64,000 bases of DNA from Hydrolagus colliei (Eukaryota), in NCBI GenBank assembly GCA_035084275.1, contig CM068745.1:63116001-63180000 (forward strand). The letters run 5' to 3'. Below, piece after piece: positions 37,006 through 49,420 of this stretch. Each line of letters begins with the position of its first letter. Position 1 is the stretch's first letter. The position numbers and the translations under genes were made by a program. The notes below the pieces were generated by a model, which was given only the letters and a program-made list of their open reading frames with translations, made no database searches and had not been told where the DNA came from.

Positions 37006-38159
37006 TAAATTAATATTAAGCAGTATGGTTAACATTATTTATTATGAATAATAATAATTTTCACATTTGATAAAGTGCCTTTCATTTCAGGAGGATATTT
37101 CAAAGTGCTTCATCATATTTACTGTAACAAATAGAGATAGAAATAATTAGAATTGATTTTAATGGTTAACTTAAAAAGTGTTTATTGCAGAGTGTATCTC
37201 ATCTTAGGCACATTGTCTATACCACTAAAAGATAAGTCTGAAATCCATTAACAATATTACAGAAACTGTCAAAACTATCACTGGTCAAAATCTCACAATG
37301 TTTCACAGACATAGTCACAATGATGTTCTCTCTAATCAATTTGTTTTATGGTATATTAAGCTTCTAAGACTTAAATCATTTTATTTTTAAATTATTTAAA
37401 TTGTTTGAAAATATCTTTGACAATTAACAAACAATCTTAGTTCAAGTGAAATATTGGGATCAAAATATAAACACCTTTTGTATAATAAGAAAGCAGTAAT
37501 AATTAACTTTCTGAATGGCTGAGATGAATAATCACAAAACAATATGGTTATAGCAACATTTAGAGAAGTGGAAAATAATTATTCACTAACCATACATGAA
37601 AGACTTTCTAAATTGAAGTGAAATATTGCTTCTTGTTTACAATAAGTTTACAGTTTAAAATTAATTATGAGAATATTGCATGAATGTAGATAAAATATTC
37701 TATTATGATGAACTGAGTATACTCTGATGTGAGGTTGATAAGACGTTTAGGAACAACAACAAATTGGAGGTGCAGAAGCTGCTTACCTCTCTGCATATCA
37801 ATCAAGATGGATTCCAAGCCCTGTGTTTGCAAAAGTGTGTTCAAAGACCTGGACTCTAGGTTATGCCTTACAGCAGCTTTCGTCCCATACCTCAGAGTTT
37901 CCTCATCAGTCATTCAAGGGCCATCTGCCATCAGCATGGTGGGAGGACCTTTATTTTGTGACAATATTTTGTGATATACCAGACATATGTTAATACTTAT
38001 ATTGGCCCAAAGCCGTTTACTCACCCTGGCATCTTCTCTCTATAGGAACAGCTGATGAGTTTGCTCATCTGTGGCTACCATTTCCTACTTTGCCATAATT
38101 TATGCTTCAAAGATTATAACAATCCTTGCATTTGATATACTACCTTTCACATTGGGTGG

Positions 38160-38512
38160 ATAATAATAATAATAATCATAATAATAATAATAATCCTTGC
38201 ATTTGATATAGCGCTTTTCACATCTTATCGACAACCCAAAGGGCTTCACAGAATATATTGTAAAGTAAATTTACTGTATATTTGTGGGTGAATCACGGCA
38301 GCCAATTCCGCACAGTAGTGTCCCACAAACAGTCGTGAATTGAAATGACCAATTTTATTATTGTGGTTTTTTTGGACGTATTATTATTAGGCATGTGGAG
38401 TAAGGAAACTTGCCCAGGGTTTCGCCCTGACCTGTCTGGATTCGAATACAAGTCTCCCCAGCTTGGTCTCCGCAGCTTGCAAGACAAGTGCTCTAACCAC
38501 TAAGCCACAGGA
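38160..38512 (-). mobile_element. Full-length major-family SINE
   Basis: CTCCTGTGGCTTAGTGGTTAGAGC head and long (ATT)n tail. Confidence 0.9.
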
Positions 38513-38519
38513 GCTCTAA

Positions 38520-38870
38520 GGATGTCTTAAAGTGCTTCACAGGATACTTTGTAAAGTCTCATAATTGTGTATTTTATAAATGAACATGATGGCCAATTTG
38601 CGTATGGCAAGATATCACAAACAACCATGAGGAGAATGGACAATTTTGTTTGGGGGATTGCTGGCCAGGATATTGTGAGAAACTCTGTTTTATTTTTTAA
38701 AACACAAAATACTACAGATGCTGGGAATTTGAAACAAAAACAAAAGTTGCTGGGAAAAGTCAGGCAGCATCCATTGAGAAAGGAATTTTTTTTTCCTTTT
38801 TTTTAACTGGTGTCACAGGATATTTAACTTCCAGCTGAACAGGCAAACAGAACTTTAGTTTAAAGTCTCA
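38520..38870 (-). mobile_element. SacSINE1-like fragment interrupted by a Penelope-like fragment (38700-38785)
   Basis: Reverse Deu-domain sequence on both sides of AACACAAAATACTACAGATGCTGG...CAGGCAGCATCC. Confidence 0.6.
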
Positions 38871-39964
38871 TGCTCTCCTTTCCATCAGGTGGTGGACAAA
38901 TTCTTCACAGCTCCTTTCAGCTCAGTTAGGCTGACCCTTATTCTTAAACTTCATGAACCTAAATTGCCAAGTCAGGTAAGGAAGTTATACAATCCTACAA
39001 TAAAACTTAAGGCAAACAATTTTAATGAAGTGTTTAGAACCCAACTGCTACATTTTGCAGCCTGCAATATACATTCCCACCTAATTGTTTTGTATATGCA
39101 ATTGGGGCTTTATGCTGATGTCTTAATTTGCCTTAGACCTGCCTAGTTTTGCCACTTGAGTATCGATTTTCTGATACTTGCTATGAAAAAATGTTTGTAC
39201 TCCAATTGGTACTAATTAGATTAGAATTCTAGCTTCAATAGCAGCCAAGAGACAGACGAATGCAGATAAGCAATAAGTTTGAAATTTTAACAGGAAGCAT
39301 CAGGTGTAACTGTATCGGATGAGATTAAGGTCATAAGATACATGTTTTTCAAGGATGTCAGCAAATCACTTTGTATACAATATAATGTATTCCTGGGCAG
39401 GATATTGATTGATTTGTTAGCAATCATCACAAAAAAGGTTATAGAAAGCATTTATTTAGTTAGTCATGTTTACAAAGATGTTGGCCACCATTATTGCTAC
39501 TTTGCAACACAAAATTAAAAGCTATGAACATGAGCCAGACCTTTTATCTTAGGCTAATATCTATCAATAAATTCTGAAAAAATCTTAGGGGCACAGAATA
39601 CCCAGGTCTTGGCTGGTAGTCACCTTCATTTGCTTTAACACCTGGTTAAATTATTCATTAATTCAACAAACAGATTTATAAGCTGCAATTCAAAGGCCTT
39701 ATGAATTGCTGAACAAAGTGTTCAGAAATTAAGTGCACATCAATTGGAAGTACAGCAGAATGTGCAGAGAGAAAACATTTCCTGTAAAATGAAAGATCTG
39801 AATAGTGTTGTGAATGCCATGCTTTCCTTATGCTGTGCATTTATTTGGTTCATGATAAATGGCAGCTGTCTTATCAGCCATTAATTTAACTTTTAGATGA
39901 ATGCAAAAACACAAGATACAAGTAAAAGTTGCCTTCCTATCTTTTCAGTAGGAACACTTTATAA

Positions 39965-40230
39965 AATTTAGCCTTGAGAGAAGATGACTCAGAGAGAATC
40001 TCACAGAGGTGTATGAATTTTAAATGGGATTGAAAAAGTACACCCAGACCACTACTGCAAGATGCACCAAGAAGGTAGAACAAGAGATCAAGGATTTAGA
40101 ATTCTTAAGGGCAATTTTGGGGCAAGAAGTTCTTCTATTAAACTGCTTGAAGTTTATAGAGTGCTATCTTTACCCATTACAGCTAAGTTTGCAACTAAAA
40201 GATCCAATATTGAATGTAGATTGACACTCA
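39965..40230 (+). mobile_element. Ancient CR1-like 3' fragment
   Basis: NGIEKVHPDHY...EGRTRDQGFRILKG resembles the RTRGH motif region. Confidence 0.5.
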
Positions 40231-41499
40231 TCTGGGAAGATTCCTGTGGAAGGACCTCTGAGGGGCGGACCCCTGAGGGAGGACTCCTTTTGGGAGGAGT
40301 CAATGGGAGGATTCGGCGGTTTAAAAATGTAATAGGTTGTTATTGCCACGACTTAGTTTGTTTGTGTTCTTTATTTTGTTCAGCTGCTTGTCTGTGTGCG
40401 TGCTCTGTGATGCAGGATGTCACTGAGCTACTTTGACTTGCTGGGCGGGCAGGCAGCCGGGCCAGGTTGGGCTGGGCCAGATGGCCAGCCGGCTGGCAGG
40501 CAAGCAGGCAGGTAGGCAGGTGGAGAAAATGATCAATGGTGTCTTAGTTTCCCAATTCCTAATTTTATATAGAACTTGTGTTAGCTTTGAGTATTAGAAA
40601 TGGGTATGGCTTTGCTTCCAACTCAGAACTTTTTGCTCACTGTGTGCCAGTGGTACATTTAAAAACTAAACAGAAAAACATTTCAATCAGATATCTATTA
40701 TGTGTGGACCAGGTGCAGTTTTTGAAGTGTATTTTTGTCATCTTCATTAATTATCTATAAGTGTAAACAACCATCAGTAAAGTGATAATTCATTTTTATG
40801 AAAGATGCTTTAGCATAACTTTGCATTTCAAAGAAAAGCTTTTTTAATATTAATATTAAAAAAGATATAATTTTAACATATATTCAGCTTCACAAGTGTG
40901 ATAGTGCCTCAAGTGTCAGAATAGGATTTAACTGTAGAGATCAATGGTGCAGCCAAGATTTTTTGCAGGCTCTCATAATCACGTCACTGTCAAAAGGTTA
41001 CTATGTTGTATCCAGGCCATCTCTATTATATAACGTCATCCATTTGTGAAAAAGCTACTCAAATGTAGTCTTGGTTGTCTTGCTTAAGTCGACATAAATT
41101 ATTTCCTCCCAGGGAGTACAACAAGCGATATCTGTCCCAGACCTTTGCTTTATGTTACTCTTGAGTTGATAATCGTGAGGTGGACAAGTGCTATGATTGA
41201 GTTCTCATCTGGTTTTTACTTCCTCCAAATGAGGAGGTATCTACCATCTCCAAAGCATCTTTCTAATGGGGGAAAAAACTTGCATTTAACATTTTCAATT
41301 ACACCCAGCATTCCAAGAGATTATCTTGGATGAAAGGTGCTATATAACTGCATGTTGTTGATTTTCCTGCTTTGGAAGATATCATGAGATGAATCTAAAA
41401 TGTATCATCAGTCTGTGCACATTATTCTGCTGATATCCTGTACACCTCTGCATGCATCTCTTTCCCTCCTATCACCAAGCATGTATTTTCCCAAATATT

Positions 41500-41960
41500 T
41501 ATTTTTACCTTATATCTGCATTTTGTGAAGCCAGATTTGGAATATTGTATACAGCTTTGGATTTTCTACCTTCATAAGGATAGAGATATGTATTTTGCCC
41601 ACAAATATACTGTCAATTCACATTCAAGTATATTCGGTGAAGTGCTTTGAGAAGTCTAGAAGACGTGAAAAGCGCTATATCAAATGCAAAGATGATTATT
41701 ATTATGGTATGATTATCTACAGGTTTAGATAATAATGAGTATGATTCCAGGACATATGGATTCTGTATTATGATGAAAGACACACCAGTCTAAAATGTTT
41801 TCATTGGAGAAAAGGTTCATTGGACAAAAAAGGAATAGGAAATATGAAATGTTTTTGGGTTAAAGAGAAGGCAAATTTAATAGCTATATAGATGGTCCAT
41901 GGAAGGACAGAGAATGGCAGATGTAAATAATTTGAAATAGATCACTGGGTTGATGTTCTG
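41500..41960 (+). mobile_element. Ancient CR1 fragment with nested SINE tail (41590-41705)
   Basis: LYLHFVKPDLEYCIQLW resembles CR1 LYKSLVRPHLEYCVQFW. Confidence 0.6.
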
Positions 41961-44900
41961 AAAGTATCTGAAATAAAACTTGTTGCATGAAATTAAGGAT
42001 TTAATATTTGCAAAGAAAGAATAGTTATTATGAAATAGGTGGATAATTTAAACATCCATAAATTTCTACTATGAAGTAAGATGACAGGCATGAAGCAACG
42101 AGATAGAGAATTGAAAGATTACATGGTGAAAGCTGGGAGGAGGAAATGAGTGAAGCACAATGGGGTATGAGACTGATTGTTAAGTGAGGCTTGCAGAGCT
42201 CGCACTGGAACCCACTTTTGAAAAATAATGAACCTTCAAATAAAATGACCTTGATAGTTTATATCTACAGCGTTCAACTTCTTGCCATTCCATTTTTTAA
42301 ATTTGTAAAGCCACACTTAACTTGAAACTCCACATGTGGAGATTCACTTCTCCATCATTTTAGTTTATAATGATTAATTACTATGCTATAGAAAAAGCTA
42401 ATGTAATTGTAATATTCTGTATTTAAAAATGTTACCATATAAATTGAACTCATCTTCTCAGCATTATGCGTGGGATTTCTGTTACAAAAAGCATAGCAAA
42501 TCACAGGATGAAAGGCAGCATAATAATGTGATGAATCATGTAATTCTTTCCTGTATTTTACTCTAAAATTTGTACCTGAATCACGATTAAATTAACTTTT
42601 TTTTAATGCAGGTGGAACTTTTGTGCTGTAAACTGCATATTGGGGACAAAACAAATAGTGATTCCTACTGGTATCATGTGGATCTGAAAGAACTTAGATT
42701 TCAGTTCCTGCTTCTCTCCCATTCCCATATCATCTACTGTCAAATGCAACCGTATCTTAATTTTTTCTTTCTTTTCTCCCTCTTTGCTGTAACTCCCTCT
42801 TCCTCAATGTTTCTCAAGAACACCATTCACTACATGTAACAGTATTATAACTGGCCTCCGTGGTCCATTTCCAGGTTACCCAGCCACTACTCTAGGGGAT
42901 CTGCTGATGACAGCACTGCCAACCTGGCTCATCAACAGGACTTGGAGCAAGGATTGTATCCACTCAGCTCCTATTAACCTGTAAACGAAAGCCCTAATGG
43001 GTGGAGTGGTTCTAGCGAGAGAAGCTACAGAAAACTTGACAGGTATGCTGTCAATGGCAAGCCATGCTGATTGCTCGTTTTGCTTGGTCAGATTCCAGCA
43101 GTACCCCAATGCACACTCTAGGGTCCCCAAGCCTTGGCTCCTGCCAACCTGCACGTAATACTTTCCAGCATTAGTTAAGCAGGATGCATCCCTTCAAGCA
43201 GAGATGCACAGTCTGCTGCAATACATATCTTTGGGATTTCCATGTATAGGTGAGATGCATGGAGCTTTTAATTTGATTTGGATACACTTAAGCATAGTAA
43301 TGGGTTTCCGTATGTGACATACAGCCTGGTGACCAAAATATAATTAACTGTTGTATGTATTCAATGTGTAATAAGTATTGAATGTGTTGCTAAATTGACC
43401 CCATTTATTCTTGTTTGTTGATGCTGAAATATGATGAACATAATCTCAAACAGATACCATTTTATCATTTGTTCAGTGCAATTTTATGCTGGAAAACATC
43501 AAGGTGTCACAGTGCCAAAATGGAAAGGTTCTTCACTCCCAGCATCTTGGGACATCCTCCTGATGTGAAAGGCACTCTATAAATGAAATTTTGTGTGTTC
43601 TTGTGATGTCAAGCCAGAAATATTGCATGAATATTCTGGAAGTTCACCTTCCCAAAGCAAGTACTGTACTATTTATGAGGATAATGTGGCTTTGAAATAT
43701 ATGTACACATATATGCTAAATGTTAAAGGTGAATTTGAAATAGAGTACATATCTAATAATCACATTATTAGGACAACATAAGAGGTACAGTAATAGGTAA
43801 GAGGTAAAGTAATAGCAAGCTTAATAGGTTTACAGCAAAACAAATCGATAAAAGGGAACTTTTTCAAAATTTCTGATGAAGAAATGTTAAATAGTAATTG
43901 ATATTATGTTTTCCATTATACTTTGAATGCACATTGTTTTTATTGCATAGTTAATGACATAAGAACAGTAGATTTTGAATATTTAACATACTTACATTCT
44001 GAAATACATGTGCAAATTGCACATTAGACTTGGGACAATTGCGACAGCATTAAGCCACATTCAAAATCAGGTTAAATCAACGCAGATGCAATCAGCCTTT
44101 GACATTGCTTCAGCAGCTTTGATTGTGAGTAGATAGCTTCATGCTACTAGGATAGATTAAGCGAGCACTCCTGAAAATTCAGTAGAAGTATAGGCTTTAC
44201 TGCTTAACCTTCACCTATTGGTAGCAGATACGATAGTGGAACTATTAAGGCTAGTCATGTAAGAGTCCTTGTGTGTAACGTGTTTAGGAGGGAAAAGAAT
44301 ATTATGTTAATATGATCAGGTCAGAAAACCCACACAGACCATAATTTTTATTAATGATCCTCCATTGGAATACAATGAGAATTTTATAGCATATAAATAT
44401 ATATTTGGAGATTGGACAATGTTAGGATGTTCACACATGACCTTACAGACTTTCATAAATCCAATTTAAATTGATTGATGAATTTTATATTTCCTCTACC
44501 AAGTGCAAAAGTCATAAATTAAATGTGTTTGAGCGGGCACTAGCTCAAATCTACCGCCCAAAAATAATATTCTCATTCAAACATCCATATAGTAAATAGA
44601 TTTCTAAAGTTGTGTTACAGTATATTGATTAAACAGTCCAAAGAATCTGGATTTAGTAACCAAAACTATCTGGCCCCGATACTTGGTGCAAAAATGGAAA
44701 GGTTTTGCATTCGTTGGCATTGAAGAAAAAACATTTTCAATCCCAAAGCAGCCCAAATACAACATTATGAGATTTGTACATTTTAGTACCCAACAATTTG
44801 CCAAATCAGATCAGAATACCGAGAACAGTAAGTACCATCTGATCTCTATGGAAAATAACTATATAAAAATATTGTATAATTAAGAAATAGTTAATATAAA

Positions 44901-45369
44901 GATATAAATGGTCCATTCAGTCCATTAATGCTGCTCTACAACCACTGTCAATCTACTCATAGATATAGATTCACAGCCAAGGTAGCGATACTTGAAGTCT
45001 GCTTGTGACAGATCATTACATATTCAACAGTAAGAAGCACAAAGGTTTTATTGACTCTTGTCATACAGAGCTATTAATAAATCATTACACCTATGTGTAG
45101 GTGTGTGTTTTATGACCTTTACGAGCAATTACTGTGGCACATTGTTGGGTTCTGATGGCCTCGGGATACTTTTGTGGTAGAACTAAAGCTGAGTGTTATA
45201 TTCTTCCTGTGCAAACTACGATATTGCTATTAATAGGACTCAAAAACTTTTATTTTTTCAAATATGCGATTAAAAAGGGGAACTGATAATTTAAATAAGC
45301 TATAAATTCAGTAATAACTGTAAGATTTGCATGATTAATTCTGTTTTCATCTTGGAGACAACTTATTAG

Positions 45370-45785
45370 CAAGAAAATCTTGCATATTGTATGGTGCATT
45401 ATTGCAATGTCAACAAATAACAAAGACTTTCACAGGATTTACTGGAAAGTGCAATGGCTGTGTATTTGCAAGGGAACGCAACAGCTAATTTGCATACAAC
45501 AATATCCCACAAACAACCATAAGGGGTTGATCAATTTTAAGATCAGGATACCAGAATGAAGTCCTCTTTTCAAATAGTACCATGGTATCTTTAATCTCCA
45601 GCTGAATGGGCAAATGGGACTTTGGTTTAACATCTCAGCTGAAGGACGGGATCTTCTATAATGTGACACTACTGCCAGCATCTCATTGGGAGGTTAGCCT
45701 AGACTATGAATTCAAAGCCCCAGCATGAGGCTTGATCTCCCAAAGTAGAGATGCGAGTGTTACCCACTGAGCCAGACTGACACCT
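45370..45785 (-). mobile_element. Near full-length SacSINE1-like DeuSINE
   Basis: GGTGTCAGTCTGGCTCAGTGGGTAACACTCGC head and GAGATGTTAAACCAAAGTCCC...AAAGATACCATGGTACTATTTGAAAAGAG Deu domain. Confidence 0.8.
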
Positions 45786-45829
45786 TCTTCCATTCATCTT
45801 CAGTTATATAAAAGAGACTTTTATTCTAA

Positions 45830-46150
45830 TACAACACAAAATTTAATTTGTAAAGCGTGTCGGGAGGACATTGTATGGTACTGGATTGTCAGGGATCTGG
45901 ACCTGAGTGTGGGTTGGGGGGTGGGGGTTGTGGTAAAGGAGGGCAGAAAGCAGAGAGGGTAGGAGGGCGGCCGGAGACACGGTTGAAGAAGAGAGGCTTG
46001 AGACATGCCTTTAAAGAGGTATGGGATGGAGTTGCAAAGAGTGGGGGCAGAGAGGCTGAAAGCCCAACTGCTGATGGTCGGAGAGGTTAGGTGGGGGATA
46101 TGGAGCAGATTGGAGCCTGCTGAGTAGAGGGGGCAGACAGGTTGATAAGG
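45830..46150 (-). mobile_element. L2 3' fragment
   Basis: Same 3' UTR, tail and GGGGCAGAGAGGCTGAAAGCCC signature as the other L2 copies. Confidence 0.8.
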
Positions 46151-47739
46151 GTTCTAAAAGACTAGGTTTTATTTAGAATTCGGGTCCTAGAGTTGCAAAT
46201 CATAAGATGCTAACCGAGCGAACTCCCTTATATGAAGGTAATCTCCAATCAGGTTGTGCATAAAGTTCATTAGTAATTTTAAACTGAAAACTTCATGAAT
46301 TTCCATATTAAATTAATTGACCAATGACGTATCGCTATACAAATGTTATTTCGTTGTTGTACTTTGTTGTTGACCAATATGTATTTCAGCACCATGAGAT
46401 ACTACAGAAATATAAGTCATTGGTGATATTGTTGTACTTATAAAATACTAAACTGTTTTGATTCAGCAAAGCCATTATTAATAATAATCATTGCATTTGA
46501 TATAGCACTTATTAGATTGTTATTAGATGTACTGTTAATCTATCTCATCGCCCATGGAACATTTACAGTTTAGTCATTGTGTCTCTTTGGCAAAAAAAGC
46601 AAAAAATACTTAGTAAATAACACAACAGAAATATATTAATAAGGCATGGACTTCAGAAGCTAACAGCAACCTTTTGCTGTAGGACCATTGTGCACATAAA
46701 GGTCTGGATCACTGTAGGAGGGACTGGCTGCTTGCACATCACATGGTTCTCTTGTATAAAGTAATCTTTTTACTTTCTCTGTAGGGATTCAGTGTGCAGA
46801 CATTGCTTATTGGGTGTTGTGCTCATGTAAAAATATAATTCTCCTCTTGCACAATCAGTGTTAGGTTTTCTAAGAAAATTAAAACATTTTAGACAAACAC
46901 ATTGGTGTTTAATATAGATGCACTTTAATTAATTTTCAGTTTAGGCTTAATGTTTCTACTTAAATGATTATACTATTTGAGGCAGCCATAGTATATTAGT
47001 GCTTCTGAACACACCCAGCATAATTTGGCTGAGAAATTGTTTTTATTCTGAGTATCATATAAATAACATTCATAATGGGCACAACAAATTAAATTCATAT
47101 CTTTATTCATTGCGAATAGATGAATGGAGTGTGTAAAGTGGGACTCTCTTCTAACTGCCCTCACCAAAATTGTGAAGCTTCAGAGAAACATTGCAGCAGT
47201 TCCAATCTACTTAGTTATTTTAAAGTGATTGACTTCAGTTTTTATTTTTTATTTTATATCTCTGGCAGATGTGCCTTACTTTTTCTTTGTTAGAAATCTT
47301 AGTGGACTGTTTAAATATTTTTAAAAAAGGGCACAACAACACATTCAACAACACCAACGCAATGTGCATTTATTTAGCGGCCTTCAAGCGAGGTAGCATC
47401 CTGGAGCACTTTTCACAATCCACCCACCATACATAAGGTAGATTTTCATGAAGAAATCCTTATGATTTGTTTATTTTTATTTCTTCCAGCTGTGTTGAGT
47501 AAATTGATGCAACTAGGTAAACTAATCGATTAATTTCCCTTGTTGATGATTTTATGGGATCATCTGGGATCCATGAAATATATGTTCATGAATATCCATA
47601 CCAGACTGAGAGTTCCACATACATAACTCTCTGACACATCGAAATTTCCATGACTGGAATGAACTGTGCCTAGTTGGATGTAACCTGTTGATGATAACCC
47701 AAGGAACTCAGTGTCTCAGATATCACAGACAAAGTCATC

Positions 47740-48620
47740 ACTGATCACCATTTCAATTTCTTTAACTCCTCAATACCTCTCCCTACTGCCGCCCAACCCA
47801 CCTCCATCTCCTATCTCCCCTGAAAATGAATTTCCCGACAATCCATCTCTGCTGCCCTGGAGTCATGTGAACTCCCTTTGTTCTGGCCTACCTCCCATAC
47901 TGATTTAGCCTCCTCACTCACTCTCCTCTACAACTTTCTCTTTGGGACGTACTCCTGACGTGAAAAGTACTATATAAGTGCAATTTTGTTGTTGTTGTTC
48001 TCTCCACCACTCTTGATGCCCTTGTCCCCCCTCACTCCTGAACTGCCTCCAACTCACAAACCTTATCTTGGTACACTGGCCACCTCCGCTCCCTCATTGG
48101 TCAAGTGTGTGCTGCCAAATGTACCTGGTGAAAATATGATCCAACGGTCCACTGGCAGATCTGGCTGGACCACATCAAAACGTACTGTTCCACCCTCACT
48201 TCCACCATATTGTCCTTCCACTCCAAAGATAATCTTGGAGGCCAAGGACAATCCCACACTCTTATTCTTCACCACTAACCCACTCATCCGTCGACCCTCT
48301 CACATCTCCCCCATCCTTTTCTCAAACTCTGACTGAGAGGTGATGTTGGATTTCCTCGAGACTAAAATCAAGGTGATCAATTCAGCTGCCTCCATCCCCA
48401 CACAACAACCCCTATCCATCCCTCCCTCCACATCTTCAAACCTATCTTGCCTTCCTCTCTCATCACCACCATATCCAGCATAAAAGACAGACACCACGTG
48501 CTTCCTTGATCAAATACCACCCAAACCGCCCTACCATCAACGGCCGGGCTTTCATCTTCTCTGCCCCCACCATTTGGAACTCCATCCCATAATCCCTTCG
48601 CCTTGCTTCCACCCATGCTT
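47740..48620 (+). mobile_element. Decayed L2 fragments (endonuclease-RT linker plus 3' piece)
   Basis: CTGATCACCAT (SDH-like), KIILEAKDNPTLLF and GGCCGGGCTTTCATCTTCTCTGCCCCCACCATTTGGAACTCC. L2 tail nested at about 47940-48000. Confidence 0.7.
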
Positions 48621-49199
48621 CCAGTCCTCTCTGAGAAATCTGTCCAAAGAACTCATAAATGTGTGAATACTAGCTACACAGACAGCAACACTTGGCAGCC
48701 TGTTCCAGATATCCACCACCCTCTGTGCGAAAAAATAACCGGAAGTAATTTTTCAATATATAGATGTCATAGATGGTGAAATGTTTCTAGTAGTTTTATT
48801 TGAAAATGTTATTTCTTTTCACTCCAGGAAAATCTTAACGATGTCACTGGGATCAATTCCTGAAAGATAAATGGACAACGGTATTACAAGTTGTTTCTAG
48901 GTACTGTACTTTTAAAGCATTTAAATCTTGTAAACAGCAATATTGGTTTAAAAAAATTATCAGAAAATTTATTAAAATTGCAACTCTAACCAAAAGATTA
49001 TAACTTCCAGATGTTCCCAATTCAGCAATAGTTTTTAACAGTAACAGTTCTAAACCTGAGCAGTGGTATTTCACTAGTGTGGGCCCAATTGAGGTGAATT
49101 AAATCAATAATTCTTGCTTCAATGTATCCTTAGACACAATACAACAATAAGATAATCTCATACTGATTTTATACTTGCCCTTGGTGGCATACCTAATTC

Positions 49200-49420
49200 T
49201 GCTGGTTAATTTTCCACACGAAGGGAGTGGTGTGAGGTAGAATCCATATCAGCTTTCAAACAAGAACTAGATAAATACCAAAACAAATGAGTCAGCTGCA
49301 CGGAATTGGAAAAAGGCAGGGAAATGGGAATGAAGGGATTGCTCTTAAAAGTGCAGGCACAGACATGATAGGCTGAATGGCTGCCTTCTGTGCTGAAAAC
49401 TATGGTTCTATGTTTTCATG
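49200..49420 (+). mobile_element. CR1 3' end
   Basis: GGCACAGACATGATAGGCTGAATGGCTGCCTTCTGTGCTG...TTCTATG. Confidence 0.75.

Noticed and set aside
37878-37909. Hammerhead ribozyme core (minus strand CTGATGA...CGAAA)
   Set aside because: The intervening sequence cannot form stem II, and stems I and III are not evident.
38019-38075. Minus-strand exon ending CAGG|GTGAGT
   Set aside because: Good donor but no convincing acceptor or recognisable peptide. Such hexamers occur by chance.
2220-46150. Apparent minus-strand bias of long L2 copies
   Set aside because: The sample is small and the short orphan L2 tails occur on both strands, so it cannot be supported without statistics.
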